A stretch of DNA of 64,000 nucleotides from Candidatus Bathyarchaeia archaeon (lineage in GTDB: Archaea > Thermoproteota > Bathyarchaeia > 40CM-2-53-6). The stretch's first letter is position 1. Each line of letters starts with the position of its first letter. The notes below the pieces were generated by a model that made no database searches, was not told the origin of the DNA, and was given only the letters and a program-made list of their open reading frames with translations. Positions 1 to 9,305 of the stretch are shown here, in pieces. The position numbers and the translations under genes were made by a program. The stretch spans positions 7,162-71,161 of the forward strand of contig JBEKGM010000020.1 in the NCBI GenBank assembly GCA_050012795.1, in the 5' to 3' direction.

Positions 1-2
1 AA

Positions 3-110
3 CGGTCCGAGCGAAGACGTTCTCGCGTCAAGGGCCTCCTACTAATCGTGTGGGGGTACGCAGTCGCCGTCTGGCTCTATGTCATAGCTATGCAACTCGT
101 CTTTCCAGCA
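3..110 (+). pseudogene. Fragment of small 2-TM membrane protein (paralog of 5264..5527 and 6846..7238); open at window edge and truncated after ...QLVFP
   Basis: LLLIVWGYAVAVWLYVIAMQLVFP aligns with VILWLYSLLVWLYVIAMQLRYP (6846..7238); similarity stops at ~110. Confidence 0.55.
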
Positions 111-144
111 GCACGTAACCATAAACCTCGTAACAGTCGCCCAG

Positions 145-867
145 GTGCATGCAAGGCAATCGGAATCCATGCCCATCATCGATCGATACTCATCCCTCAC
201 GATTGGGCTTCAGATCCCACGTACGCCAACTTGGGCTCATGATATCGTGTTGAATGCGTCAATTGCGTGGAATCAGGCCCAGCTCTGGTTCGATCAGGCT
301 GCATCAGCAAGCGGGGTAACTTACACGTTCGTCGAATCCGATCAGGCGAGTGCTGTTATCAGCTTCAGCATGCCCTCCGCCTATTCCGGGTTCGCCGTCG
401 GATGGACGAATTACAAGTACGCTCCGTCTTCGAAGAACATCATCTCGACGCAAACCTTCCTAGATCCAAACGTCTTCAGCTCATCGCAAGAGAACAACGC
501 TACAGCACGAGAGTACGCGCTACGACTAGCTCTGCATGAGTTAGGTCGTATTCTTGGTTTGGGAAGCGTGTTTGACGGCCGCGATATTATGGATCCGAGA
601 AACACGCCAGGACGGGTTAACGAAGCACCCCTGCTCTCAACTCTTGACCTGTACGCCACTCACGTACTGGCATTGGGAAGCGCGCCGAACGCGGTAACAT
701 TGCCAAGTACCGTTCAAGACCAAGCGATTGATGCGAGATCTTTCATGAGTGCCGGATCAGCTGCTCAAATTCCAACTCCTGAGTTCGGTGGCAGTTTCAG
801 TACGCTGGTAGTTTTATGCTCCATTGGCGCACTCCTCTTCCTCCGTCGACGGAAGCAAGCAGGATAA
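145..867 (+). CDS. Matrixin/metzincin-like surface protein, degenerate zinc motif (HELGRILGLGS), PEF-CTERM-like tail; N-terminus truncated
   Basis: HExxR motif, DIM Met-turn, STLDLYA; C-terminal PEF + hydrophobic helix + RRRK. Confidence 0.75.
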   Translation: MHARQSESMPIIDRYSSLTIGLQIPRTPTWAHDIVLNASIAWNQAQLWFDQAASASGVTYTFVESDQASAVISFSMPSAYSGFAVGWTNYKYAPSSKNIISTQTFLDPNVFSSSQENNATAREYALRLALHELGRILGLGSVFDGRDIMDPRNTPGRVNEAPLLSTLDLYATHVLALGSAPNAVTLPSTVQDQAIDARSFMSAGSAAQIPTPEFGGSFSTLVVLCSIGALLFLRRRKQAG

Positions 868-901
868 TCGAATATTCTGTTAGGTCGCGTTGAATTCGCG
901 T

Positions 902-1636
902 TCATTTTGTAGTTGGCTTGGCGCGTCTCGCTCTTGCTGCGACCGCGATTACAATGATGATCACGATGATCAGCGCACCGATCATTAAAGTGGAATTATC
1001 GCTTCCTTGAGAGGGAGCCTGCTGCAGGGTTATGAGGGTCAGCGTCTGCACGGTCGGCTGAGTTGAGGTGGAATACGCAACCATCGTCAGCATTATCGGT
1101 GCAGAGGTTAAGATGTTCGCCGTCAGGTGCGCGTTCACGGTTGATGTTGAGAGATTGTTTACGACAATCTGATACAAGCCGTCGCTTGGGATCTGAACCG
1201 TGAAGTTGTATGACGTCGTAGCTTTCTGGCCCAGCATTAGACTCGCAGGCGTGCAGTCGCCTCCGGCAACTATCTTGTGACTCCAGTCCTGGTAGGCCGC
1301 GTCAGTCATTACGTAGAAGTCAACCTTGTTGTCAGCAGTTAAGTTTCCGGACAGTTCGGATCCGGAGGTCGCGTTGAATGGTTGCACGAAGTATGTTCCG
1401 CAAACCCCATGTGTAGGTGGAAGCGTTAGGGCGGATGAGAAGACTGGTTGCGACCGTGATGAGTTTGATGTCACAATCGATCCCTGCGTTACCGTGTTGA
1501 CGAAAGTATTAGTGATCGCCGTCGTAACCGTCTGTGTGACTTCCGCTTGACCATTCACCATCCGTGAGACCGCTAGGAAGGGAAGCATCAGAAGAACCAG
1601 AACAACCACAAACTTGCCCTGAAGCATACGGTTCAA
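902..1636 (-). CDS. Thr-rich membrane-anchored surface protein with emp24/GOLD-like beta domain
   Basis: Signal peptide, two Cys, VDFYVM...YNFTVQIPSDGLYQIVVNN, C-terminal TM + basic tail. Confidence 0.7.
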   Translation of the reverse strand: MNRMLQGKFVVVLVLLMLPFLAVSRMVNGQAEVTQTVTTAITNTFVNTVTQGSIVTSNSSRSQPVFSSALTLPPTHGVCGTYFVQPFNATSGSELSGNLTADNKVDFYVMTDAAYQDWSHKIVAGGDCTPASLMLGQKATTSYNFTVQIPSDGLYQIVVNNLSTSTVNAHLTANILTSAPIMLTMVAYSTSTQPTVQTLTLITLQQAPSQGSDNSTLMIGALIIVIIIVIAVAARARRAKPTTK

Positions 1637-1798
1637 CCCGCAGAGAGACGTGCGGGAGTTATTAATTCGTTATGAAGACGCCGTGGATGCTCTCACGACC
1701 ATCAGCCATCATTATGCTTTCCCGGGCTGAAGTGTGAGGGATTTCATACTGGATGGTGTAGAGAGGTTTTTTATGTATAGTGCATCAATGTACCATTT

Positions 1799-2533
1799 AT
1801 GGTAGTTCGTCGCACCGGAATCATAATTGCAGTTCTCATCTTGCTATCTCCGGTCACTGCACTTCCGGTTGCTCAGGTAATCGGCCTGAAAAACGTGAGT
1901 ACGCAAGTAACCACAGACGAATCAACATTGGCTTACACGAACACCCTCCTGCACACTTACTACGGCGCAAGTAACGGAACAACAGTGGCTGAAACGGCAG
2001 TCAGGTTTCCTGAACGGGTAATCGGGTTCATGGCTCCGAGGGGGTTGTGTGGATTCTTCTCCCTTCCTGTCTCGGTTAAATCAGGAATGCTGTTTAACGT
2101 GGAGATGACGGCTAACAATCCAGTGAACTTCTACCTATTTTCTGATTATCCATCTGTCGGCTCGGGTAGTTGCAAAGTATCGAGTAATCCCATAGTGGCT
2201 GAGGGCAATTTTACCGATTTCACTTTGCATTGGACCGCTCCGGAGGACGGAATATTCTACTTCATTTTCACCGGGCCAACTGCAGTCATCCTTCTAATTG
2301 ATCATGGTAGTGTAGGATCGGTTGAACAGTCGGCAACCATCACGTACCCAACTAGCATCGAAACAATGCTATCAACATACGCCACAACCGCCACCATAAG
2401 CTCCACCGTAACAATCACAACCCCGTTCTATCTTCGAACAACAAGCCAGTACGGATTATTGATTATTGGAGTAATAATCGCTTCACTCGTGCTCCTTCTG
2501 ACTATGATCGCATTTGCCAGGCGAACTCACTAA
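1799..2533 (+). CDS. Thr-rich membrane-anchored GOLD-like surface protein (paralog of 902..1636)
   Basis: CGFF...VNFYL...FTLHWTAPEDGIFYFIF; signal peptide and C-terminal TM. Confidence 0.7.
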   Translation: MVVRRTGIIIAVLILLSPVTALPVAQVIGLKNVSTQVTTDESTLAYTNTLLHTYYGASNGTTVAETAVRFPERVIGFMAPRGLCGFFSLPVSVKSGMLFNVEMTANNPVNFYLFSDYPSVGSGSCKVSSNPIVAEGNFTDFTLHWTAPEDGIFYFIFTGPTAVILLIDHGSVGSVEQSATITYPTSIETMLSTYATTATISSTVTITTPFYLRTTSQYGLLIIGVIIASLVLLLTMIAFARRTH

Positions 2534-2551
2534 AATATTTGAGATGCCTAA

Positions 2552-3568
2552 ATGCAACGAAGACACGTGCCCCTCCTTCTCCTAATCCTATCATGCGTCA
2601 TATCCATCCCGAGCCCAATACGTGCGACTACATATTCGATTCCAGTAAACGGGCGATTCGTAACCTCAAGAATCACGTTGAAGATTCCGTCAACTCCTAA
2701 GTGGGCACATGATGTTGTGCTGAATGCTTCACTTGCCTGGAACAATGGTCAACTCTGGTTCCAGCACACTTACTTTCCAGACGGCAACGTGTACACGTTC
2801 GTTGAATCGAACCTAGCAAACGTAACAGTCAACTTTGAAATTCCATCAGCTTGCGGTGGCTTGGCGGTCGGCTGGACTGATTACACGTACGCCCCCTCAT
2901 CAACGACTATCCTCTCGGCGCGAACGTATCTTGACCCTACAGTATTCAACGCTGCCCAGGAGAATAACGACACAGCGAAACAGTACGCCTTCCGTCTAGC
3001 CCTCCACGAGCTGGGGAGAGTATTGGGTTTAGGAAATCTGATTGACGGAAACGACATTATGGATCCATTAGCCACGCCTACTCGTGCAACACAGCCACCG
3101 ATGATCTCCACACTAGACTTGTACGCAGTGCACGTATTGGCTTCCGAGGTCACTCTCACCTCGCTCGTCATCGTGCTGAACACGGATCAGTACCAATTAA
3201 TGAACGCGTGGACGCTCTTGACAAACGCAAATGGATTCGTCTTATCCTTAGATTCGCCAGTAAAGGACGCCGCCCACATCTACAATCACCGAGAACTTGC
3301 AACCGTCAACAAGACATCCAGGTTTGCTCATCAGCAAGGGTCGGTTGATCAACTCCGCCAATATTCGATTTTAGCCGGATACCTGACTCCACTCATGCTT
3401 CTTGCATGTGCATGCTCCGTCTTCGGTACAAGGTACCGTTCAAAACGATCGATGGGAATCATGGGAGTTAACTACCGATCGCGCTCGTCTCGGCCCAGGG
3501 TTCCATCGAATTCACATATTCATGAGTTCTCTCTCAGGGTTGATATGCCCGAATCCTCAGTTGCCTAA
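2552..3568 (+). CDS. Matrixin/metzincin-like secreted protein, degenerate motif HELGRVLGLGN
   Basis: Signal peptide; close paralog of 145..867 (WAHDxVLNASxAWN, GxAVGWT, RLALHELGR, DIMDP). Confidence 0.75.
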   Translation: MQRRHVPLLLLILSCVISIPSPIRATTYSIPVNGRFVTSRITLKIPSTPKWAHDVVLNASLAWNNGQLWFQHTYFPDGNVYTFVESNLANVTVNFEIPSACGGLAVGWTDYTYAPSSTTILSARTYLDPTVFNAAQENNDTAKQYAFRLALHELGRVLGLGNLIDGNDIMDPLATPTRATQPPMISTLDLYAVHVLASEVTLTSLVIVLNTDQYQLMNAWTLLTNANGFVLSLDSPVKDAAHIYNHRELATVNKTSRFAHQQGSVDQLRQYSILAGYLTPLMLLACACSVFGTRYRSKRSMGIMGVNYRSRSSRPRVPSNSHIHEFSLRVDMPESSVA

Positions 3569-3673
3569 TCGTGCCAAGTATTGACACTCTAATTACATGA
3601 ATCGACTCCGCATACCACGCGTAATATTCGGATTCGTGCAGGCATTCCGTATAAGAACACTCTGAGCTGTAAG

Positions 3674-4417
3674 TTGAATCGAAGTCAACTCGAAAGGTTG
3701 GTGACCGAGGTATTGAGTGCGAGAATTGCCGTGCTACTGTTCAGCCTCACCCTCATCATCGTCTTTCCGCCTGTTCACGCTGATTCAGGCGCCTACGTGA
3801 TTCCCTTAGAAGGTGCCAGATGGAGCTCGAGCACGATTCAGGTTTACATCTCCGGCGGCGAGGAGTGGCAGCAGAACCAGACGCTTCAGGCCATGCAGCT
3901 GTGGAATCAAGCTCAATTGTGGTTCGCTAACGAGTACTTTCCGAACAGTTCAGTCTACACGTTCGAGGTGGGGGATAGCTCCGCTCCCGTTCAGGTGACG
4001 CTGCTCAATTCGAGTACGGTCGTGGATAATATCCTGGGATGGACGGATTACCACAAGCAGAATGGGGTAATTGATTCTGTTAACGTAAGAATCGCTGCTT
4101 CGAATTCAGCCCACGCTCTCCTTGTGCTCAGTTCTCACGAGCTTGGTCACGTGTTAGGGCTGGGAGATGACGTCATATGTTGCAAGAAGGATTTGATGAA
4201 CGCATTCCCGATCGTGAACAACGTGTCCGCCCTCCCAACCACGCTTGACTTGTATGCTCTTCACATACTTGCAATTGCAAATGCCATACCAAGCTTTGTC
4301 TGGCTGTCAAACGGGATACCGTACGAAACGGCTCTTGCAACTCCCAGATTCAGCGGTTCCCCGACCATGCTAGCCATCCGTGTCCTCGAGGATCCTAGAG
4401 AAGGCTCCACGTGTTGA
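3674..4417 (+). CDS. Matrixin family metalloprotease, HELGHVLGLGD
   Basis: HExxHxxGxxD, DLM Met-turn, signal peptide ending VHA. Confidence 0.8.
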   Translation: MNRSQLERLVTEVLSARIAVLLFSLTLIIVFPPVHADSGAYVIPLEGARWSSSTIQVYISGGEEWQQNQTLQAMQLWNQAQLWFANEYFPNSSVYTFEVGDSSAPVQVTLLNSSTVVDNILGWTDYHKQNGVIDSVNVRIAASNSAHALLVLSSHELGHVLGLGDDVICCKKDLMNAFPIVNNVSALPTTLDLYALHILAIANAIPSFVWLSNGIPYETALATPRFSGSPTMLAIRVLEDPREGSTC

Positions 4418-4498
4418 ATGGTTAAGGGGGAAAACTTCCACGGTTATATCTCAGCATAACCCTCAAGGATCAAGAATCGATCAGAACGAAATCACGGC

Positions 4499-5230
4499 TT
4501 GGGAAAGTTCGTATTGTCGAAAAATCGGTTCCTAGTCGTAGCCCTCGCGATCCTCATTGCGCTACCGTTAGTGCATGCGGATTCTGGACCGTACTTGATC
4601 CCGTTAGAGGGTTCACGATGGACTTCAAGCATAATTCACGTCCACGTTCACGGTGGCCAAGAGTGGCAGAGGAATGAGACATATGAAGCTATGCAGATTT
4701 GGAACCAGGCGCAACTTTGGTTCGCTAGGGAATACTTTCCGAACAGTTCAGTCTACACGTTCAAAGCAGACGATGGTTCTGCACAGGTTCAGGTGAGACT
4801 GGTCAACTCGAGTACGATAGTTGGGTCAATTCAGGCGTGGACCGATTATCGCGCCCAGAATGGTACTATGGAATCGGCGAGCGTACAGATTGCCGTGAGG
4901 AATTCCGCTGAGGCGGTGCTTCTTCTCAGCCTTCACGAGCTTGGTCACGTGCTAGGAGTGGGTCACGTGTCATGCTGTGAAAGAGATTTGATGAACCCTT
5001 ATCCCGTGACGCATTCAGCGTTCCCGGTTCCGTCGACGCTGGACTTGTACGCCGTTCATGTCTTGGCCTCTGGCGATTCAGTACCGAACTACGTTCTACT
5101 GCCGACCAAGGTGCCCTACCAAACTGTGACCGGCTCGGAGCTTGCCTTACCGGAATTTCAGAATCTACTCCTCGTATTGGTTAGCGTGCTTAGCTTAATG
5201 TTAATTCGGCGTCGCCAACTGACGGGATGA
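4499..5230 (+). CDS. Matrixin family metalloprotease, canonical HELGHVLGVGH, PEF-CTERM-like tail
   Basis: HExxHxxGxxH, Met-turn, signal peptide, LPEF + TM + RRR. Confidence 0.85.
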   Translation: MGKFVLSKNRFLVVALAILIALPLVHADSGPYLIPLEGSRWTSSIIHVHVHGGQEWQRNETYEAMQIWNQAQLWFAREYFPNSSVYTFKADDGSAQVQVRLVNSSTIVGSIQAWTDYRAQNGTMESASVQIAVRNSAEAVLLLSLHELGHVLGVGHVSCCERDLMNPYPVTHSAFPVPSTLDLYAVHVLASGDSVPNYVLLPTKVPYQTVTGSELALPEFQNLLLVLVSVLSLMLIRRRQLTG

Positions 5231-5263
5231 TCCCAACGCAAGGAACTTATCGCTGAATATGTC

Positions 5264-5527
5264 ATGGAGCGTCTCGATGCTTCAATGATCCGTATACACG
5301 ACCTAATACGCGTAATAGCGTTGACCGCATTCCTGTTCGGGCTGTTCGTCTGGGCCTACGTCGTACTCATTCAAGTGACGCACCCTGAATGGCTTTACGC
5401 GCCCTTTTCTCACGTCAACTATTTCCCGTTCAACTGGCGACTGGATGAGGTTGGAATGACCGCCTTCGCCGTATCCGCCATCGGGTTCCTAGTGTGGCAG
5501 ATTGAACTGCACACGAAAGTGAAGTGA
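5264..5527 (+). CDS. Small 2-TM membrane protein
   Basis: Two hydrophobic helices; duplicated at 7348..7518 with mostly synonymous changes. Confidence 0.75.
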   Translation: MERLDASMIRIHDLIRVIALTAFLFGLFVWAYVVLIQVTHPEWLYAPFSHVNYFPFNWRLDEVGMTAFAVSAIGFLVWQIELHTKVK

Positions 5528-5658
5528 GGGAACGAGTTTGGTGGATCTCGGAAAGTTTGTTCAGGGCAGTGGAGTTAGCGTGAGTTGCGTCTACATTGAT
5601 GATTCCCACTTACAAGTCCTTGACGTGAACGTTGTGAAGGTTTCTCAGGAGAAGAGGG
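5357..5658 (+). repeat. ~300-bp diverged direct repeat, copy 1 (copy 2 at 7348..7652)
   Basis: Shared blocks such as caccctgaatggctttacgcgcccttttctcacgt and gaacgttgtgaaggtttctc. Confidence 0.9.
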
Positions 5659-5666
5659 GCGCGTGA
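5538..5666 (+). pseudogene. Truncated 5' copy of alaX (42 codons)
   Basis: MVDLGKFVQ...SCVYIDDSHLQVLDVNVVKVSQEKRGA* matches the N-terminus of 7529..8284. Confidence 0.85.
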
Positions 5667-5779
5667 ATCCTGCAGGCTAAGGTTCCCCTCTGATTGCGCA
5701 TACGAAACTACGAAGATGATCGAGAACACCTGGAGGGCGCGGCGTCCCCTCAAACTTAGACTCTGCTAGTGAGATTGAC

Positions 5780-6040
5780 TCAACGTCGTGTCAGTCTTAC
5801 GGAGGGTTCGTCAACATAGTTAGATGCTTTGTACTCAACACGATCTACGAAATGTTCAATCTCGCCAGCAATAGTGTTACTGGGAATGACTGGGATTTCG
5901 AAGGATTCCTTCGGGTAGTGTCGGACGATCGTTTGATCAAGACAGTCTACGATTAAGGATCCTTCTGAGCCAACAACGGAGACTTCTCTAACCTTGCTTG
6001 GGTAAAGGGACCCATAATTGAGTACAGCCAGGATTTGATT
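5780..6040 (-). pseudogene. C-terminal remnant of a Gfo/Idh/MocA oxidoreductase
   Basis: Startless frame PSKVREVSVVGSEGSLIVDCLDQT...SNTIAGEIEHFVDRV resembles Gfo/Idh/MocA C-terminal motifs. Confidence 0.55.
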
Positions 6041-6156
6041 TGAGAGTGCTGTAACCCTGATCTGGAAAGTGCAGGAACGGTGAGAGGCAGTTCAAGCCTT
6101 TCTTCTTAGCGAGACTGGGCGGGCGTGGTTGATCGCTTTCTGTTTGCCGTTGGCTT

Positions 6157-6678
6157 CTAGGTTTGTTGGAAGTCGGCGTTCCAGGTTCCTGAGATGGGTG
6201 CTGGTTGGTTTAGGTGGATTTGGGAGAAGTCTGAGCTTGTGAATGTGATTGTTCCTTCGAATACTCCCGTGCCTTCTGTTGCGGTTAGGTTGCCTTTCCA
6301 CTCGCCTTGACCTGTGAAGGTGGCTTTACCGCACCAGAATAGCATGCACATGTTGATTGTGCCCGAGACGTCTTGAATCGTGCCAGTTAGGCTAGTGCCA
6401 TTACGACTGCCAATCCATATTCCATTCGCGGTTACCGGAACCTGTCCGAGTGATGTAGGGATGTTTCCGTTGAGGATCATATTCATTGAGACCGAATTTG
6501 CTTTGACCATAGCGTTTTCCAAGTTGCCGTTCAACGTGTAACCGGTCAAATTCAACGCGAAGGCACCTGCGCCTTGGGTGGCCATCACCGGATGGAGTGA
6601 GCTGCTCACGGCAGCAGCGAGTAACAGCAATGCGGCTGTAAGAGTCATTAATCGTTTTACGTGGCTCAAAGCAATCAT
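6157..6678 (-). CDS. Secreted beta-rich hypothetical protein
   Basis: Signal peptide; G/T-rich repeated beta strands; Cys pair. Confidence 0.7.
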   Translation of the reverse strand: MIALSHVKRLMTLTAALLLLAAAVSSSLHPVMATQGAGAFALNLTGYTLNGNLENAMVKANSVSMNMILNGNIPTSLGQVPVTANGIWIGSRNGTSLTGTIQDVSGTINMCMLFWCGKATFTGQGEWKGNLTATEGTGVFEGTITFTSSDFSQIHLNQPAPISGTWNADFQQT

Positions 6679-6845
6679 GCAGTATGTGGTGTTCGGCGCT
6701 TAAGAATGTGCGGTGGGGGAATTCGATGAATCTACGCGTAGGCGAAGTGTCGCTGGAATGGTCCGCTGCTGTTTTCTGAAGATATTTGGTGAGCCACTTT
6801 CCATCTGACTTTCCATATTTCCGTCTTCCATTTTTCTAATCTGAA

Positions 6846-7238
6846 TCATGACAACGACTTTGTGAGTTCCTGTAGTTTCTTGATGTCTCGTGCCTGGCGG
6901 GTCGTCCAGTTGATCACGAATATTCCTAGGATGAGTGAGAGGAAGAAAGCTGCTTCGCCGAGGTAATCCATGCGTACTGGTATCCATTGCGCAAACGCCA
7001 TGTGGGGTGAGTCTGGATAGCGGAGTTGCATGGCAATCACGTAGAGCCAGACGAGGAGGCTGTATAACCAAAGGATAACCGCCGCGCGGCGAAGCTTGGT
7101 CGATGATTTCTTGGCGCTAACGAAGAGCCGCAGTGCCTGATCTTTACGTTCGGCTTCGAGCCTTTGCATCAGTCGCCGGCTCTCAGACCCGGTCAAGCCC
7201 ATTGAGGTTAGAATCTCCATCGGATCCTTCTCAACCAT
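6846..7238 (-). CDS. 2-TM membrane protein with charged N-terminal extension (family of 5264..5527)
   Basis: VWLYVIAMQLRYP...VRMDYLGEAAF aligns with VWAYVVLIQVTHP...WRLDEVGMTAF. Confidence 0.7.
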   Translation of the reverse strand: MVEKDPMEILTSMGLTGSESRRLMQRLEAERKDQALRLFVSAKKSSTKLRRAAVILWLYSLLVWLYVIAMQLRYPDSPHMAFAQWIPVRMDYLGEAAFFLSLILGIFVINWTTRQARDIKKLQELTKSLS

Positions 7239-7347
7239 TGACTCGATCGTACTAATTCGTCCCCCGGCGTCAGAATGGCGGCTATACTATTTGTGCCGTG
7301 TGTCACCAAGAAGTAATAGTTACAGTCTCAAATTAGCCAAATTCAAT

Positions 7348-7518
7348 TATGTCGTACTAATTCAATTAACACACCCTGAATGGCTTTACGCGCCCTTTTC
7401 TCACGTGAACTATTTTCCTTTCAACTGGCGACTGGACGAGGTTGGAATGACCGCCTTCGCAGTATCTGCCGTGGGGTTTTTAGTGTGGCAGGTTGAACTG
7501 CAGCTAAAAACCAAGTAG
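7348..7518 (+). pseudogene. 5'-truncated copy of the small 2-TM protein
   Basis: Near-identical peptide to the C-terminal two-thirds of 5264..5527; most of the first TM is missing. Confidence 0.7.
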
Positions 7519-7652
7519 CGGAACGTGTTTGGTAGATCTCGCGAAATTCATTCAAGATGATTCGGTTAAGCCGACAAGCTGCGTCTACATGACTGATTCA
7601 TACTTGCAGTCACTTGACATGAACGTTGTGAAGGTTTCTCAAGAGAAGAGGG
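7348..7652 (+). repeat. Direct repeat, copy 2
   Basis: Matches 5357..5658. Confidence 0.9.
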
Positions 7653-8284
7653 ACGTTTACCTGCTCTTGGATAGCACGATCTTTCACCCGAAATCAGGCG
7701 GCCAACCCTCAGACGTCGGGGTAATAGACGGGGCGGGGTATCGCGTGCAGGTTAAGCGAGCAATGCTCCAAGCCGGAAGCATCATCCACTTCGGCAAGGC
7801 TGAGGGACAAGTTACAACGGGCCCTGCTAAATGCAAGATTGACTGGGATAACAGGTTCCTTCTGATGCGAAGGCATACGGCGGCGCATCTGCTCGACCAC
7901 TGCCTCGCCACCTCCACGCGCATACGAGTTGAAACAACGGATTCCTGGTTGGGAGACGACCCGTTCGTTGGCTATGGGGGAAGCGAACCCGCTAATCTTG
8001 ACCTGAAGAAGATTCAGGAATTCGGAAACCGGTTCATCCAACAAGACTTGAAGGTTAAAATTGAAACATTGGACAGGGCTGATGCGGAGCGATTGATCGC
8101 AGGTGCCCCGAACCTGGCGAGGCTCCCGAAAGCTGAGAAACTGCGCATCGTAACCATCCAAGGCCAGATCCCAATCCCGTGCGGAGGAACACACGTCCGA
8201 ACCCTCAAGGAAATCGGAGCCCTAGAAATCATAAGAACGGAACCAGCAGAAACGGGTTTCAGGATACATTTCCAAGTCAAGTAA
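7529..8284 (+). CDS. alaXM: Alanyl-tRNA editing protein AlaX-M
   Basis: TIFHPKSGGQPSD, RRHTAAH, PCGGTHV motifs. Confidence 0.9.
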   Translation: MVDLAKFIQDDSVKPTSCVYMTDSYLQSLDMNVVKVSQEKRDVYLLLDSTIFHPKSGGQPSDVGVIDGAGYRVQVKRAMLQAGSIIHFGKAEGQVTTGPAKCKIDWDNRFLLMRRHTAAHLLDHCLATSTRIRVETTDSWLGDDPFVGYGGSEPANLDLKKIQEFGNRFIQQDLKVKIETLDRADAERLIAGAPNLARLPKAEKLRIVTIQGQIPIPCGGTHVRTLKEIGALEIIRTEPAETGFRIHFQVK

Positions 8285-8436
8285 ACCATTCAATAACTCT
8301 AGATTAACAGGTCATGGATCGTCTATCCGATTTCAAGGCTTGCCACTTGTCGAGTGCTTTGAGAACGCGAAATTCAGTCGCGGCGTCGGATGCAAAATCA
8401 CTTATTCTATCTAATTCTCCTTTAGGTTGAAATCGC

Positions 8437-9162
8437 TTGACCGGCCGTCTGCTTTCAATCATCTTAATCGTTGCTCTACTTGCACCGATTTCTCTGAGCC
8501 GTAGCCCTGAACAGTTGGTTACTTCCACACGGACAAGTACGATGACTGCAAGCTACGCAACCACAAACTCTTCAGTTTCGACATTCAGCAATATCACGAA
8601 TGTTACAGTGACGAGTGTCAGTACTGTTTTTGCGGGAATTACGGGAACGTTGTCGTCGAATCTTTGCTCGTACAGTGAGTGGGGGTCGTTTCACGCAAAC
8701 GCGAGCCAGATTCTCTCAGCCTCATTTGTTGCCAGTCTACCGCTTGACGTTTACGTTATCACCTACCAGCAGTTCCTGGATATGGTGAACTTGTCAGCTT
8801 GTTCGCCAATCAGCGCCCTGGCCGTTGTGCGGAACGTGACCTCTTACCAGCTCAGCATGGTAATGCCCTATTCAGATGACTTTGCTCTCCTCTTCGTTAA
8901 TCACAGCTTGATGACGGTAACGCTTAATGTCCTGAGCATCGAGCTTTCATCCGTGACCGTTAAACCTGAGTCGGTTACAGCCTACGTGACCACATATCAG
9001 CCCTTCATGACGAATACGATCGAACTAGTCACGTCAACGTTCACAACTCAACAACCCGAACAGACTCAGTATGCTCAGATAATTACGGTTGCAGCCGTCG
9101 CCGGCTTTGCAGTAGCAGTAGTCGGATACTTTTCTCTCAAAAGAAAAAGCACAGGTCCGTGA
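8437..9162 (+). CDS. Ser/Thr-rich membrane-anchored GOLD-like surface protein
   Basis: Signal peptide, LDVYVI...YQLSMVMPYSDDFALLFVN, C-terminal TM + KRK. Confidence 0.65.
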   Translation: MTGRLLSIILIVALLAPISLSRSPEQLVTSTRTSTMTASYATTNSSVSTFSNITNVTVTSVSTVFAGITGTLSSNLCSYSEWGSFHANASQILSASFVASLPLDVYVITYQQFLDMVNLSACSPISALAVVRNVTSYQLSMVMPYSDDFALLFVNHSLMTVTLNVLSIELSSVTVKPESVTAYVTTYQPFMTNTIELVTSTFTTQQPEQTQYAQIITVAAVAGFAVAVVGYFSLKRKSTGP

Positions 9163-9305
9163 TTCAGTGCGGCCACTTTTCGAACGTGTTCTTGACTACG
9201 CTCGTGTGCACAGTTGTACAGATTGGAAATCGTTCGTAAAGACAGGCGATGGAGCCTCAGACGTAACACGGTTTTATGCCGCATACAAGGATACCCAACC
9301 GAGCA

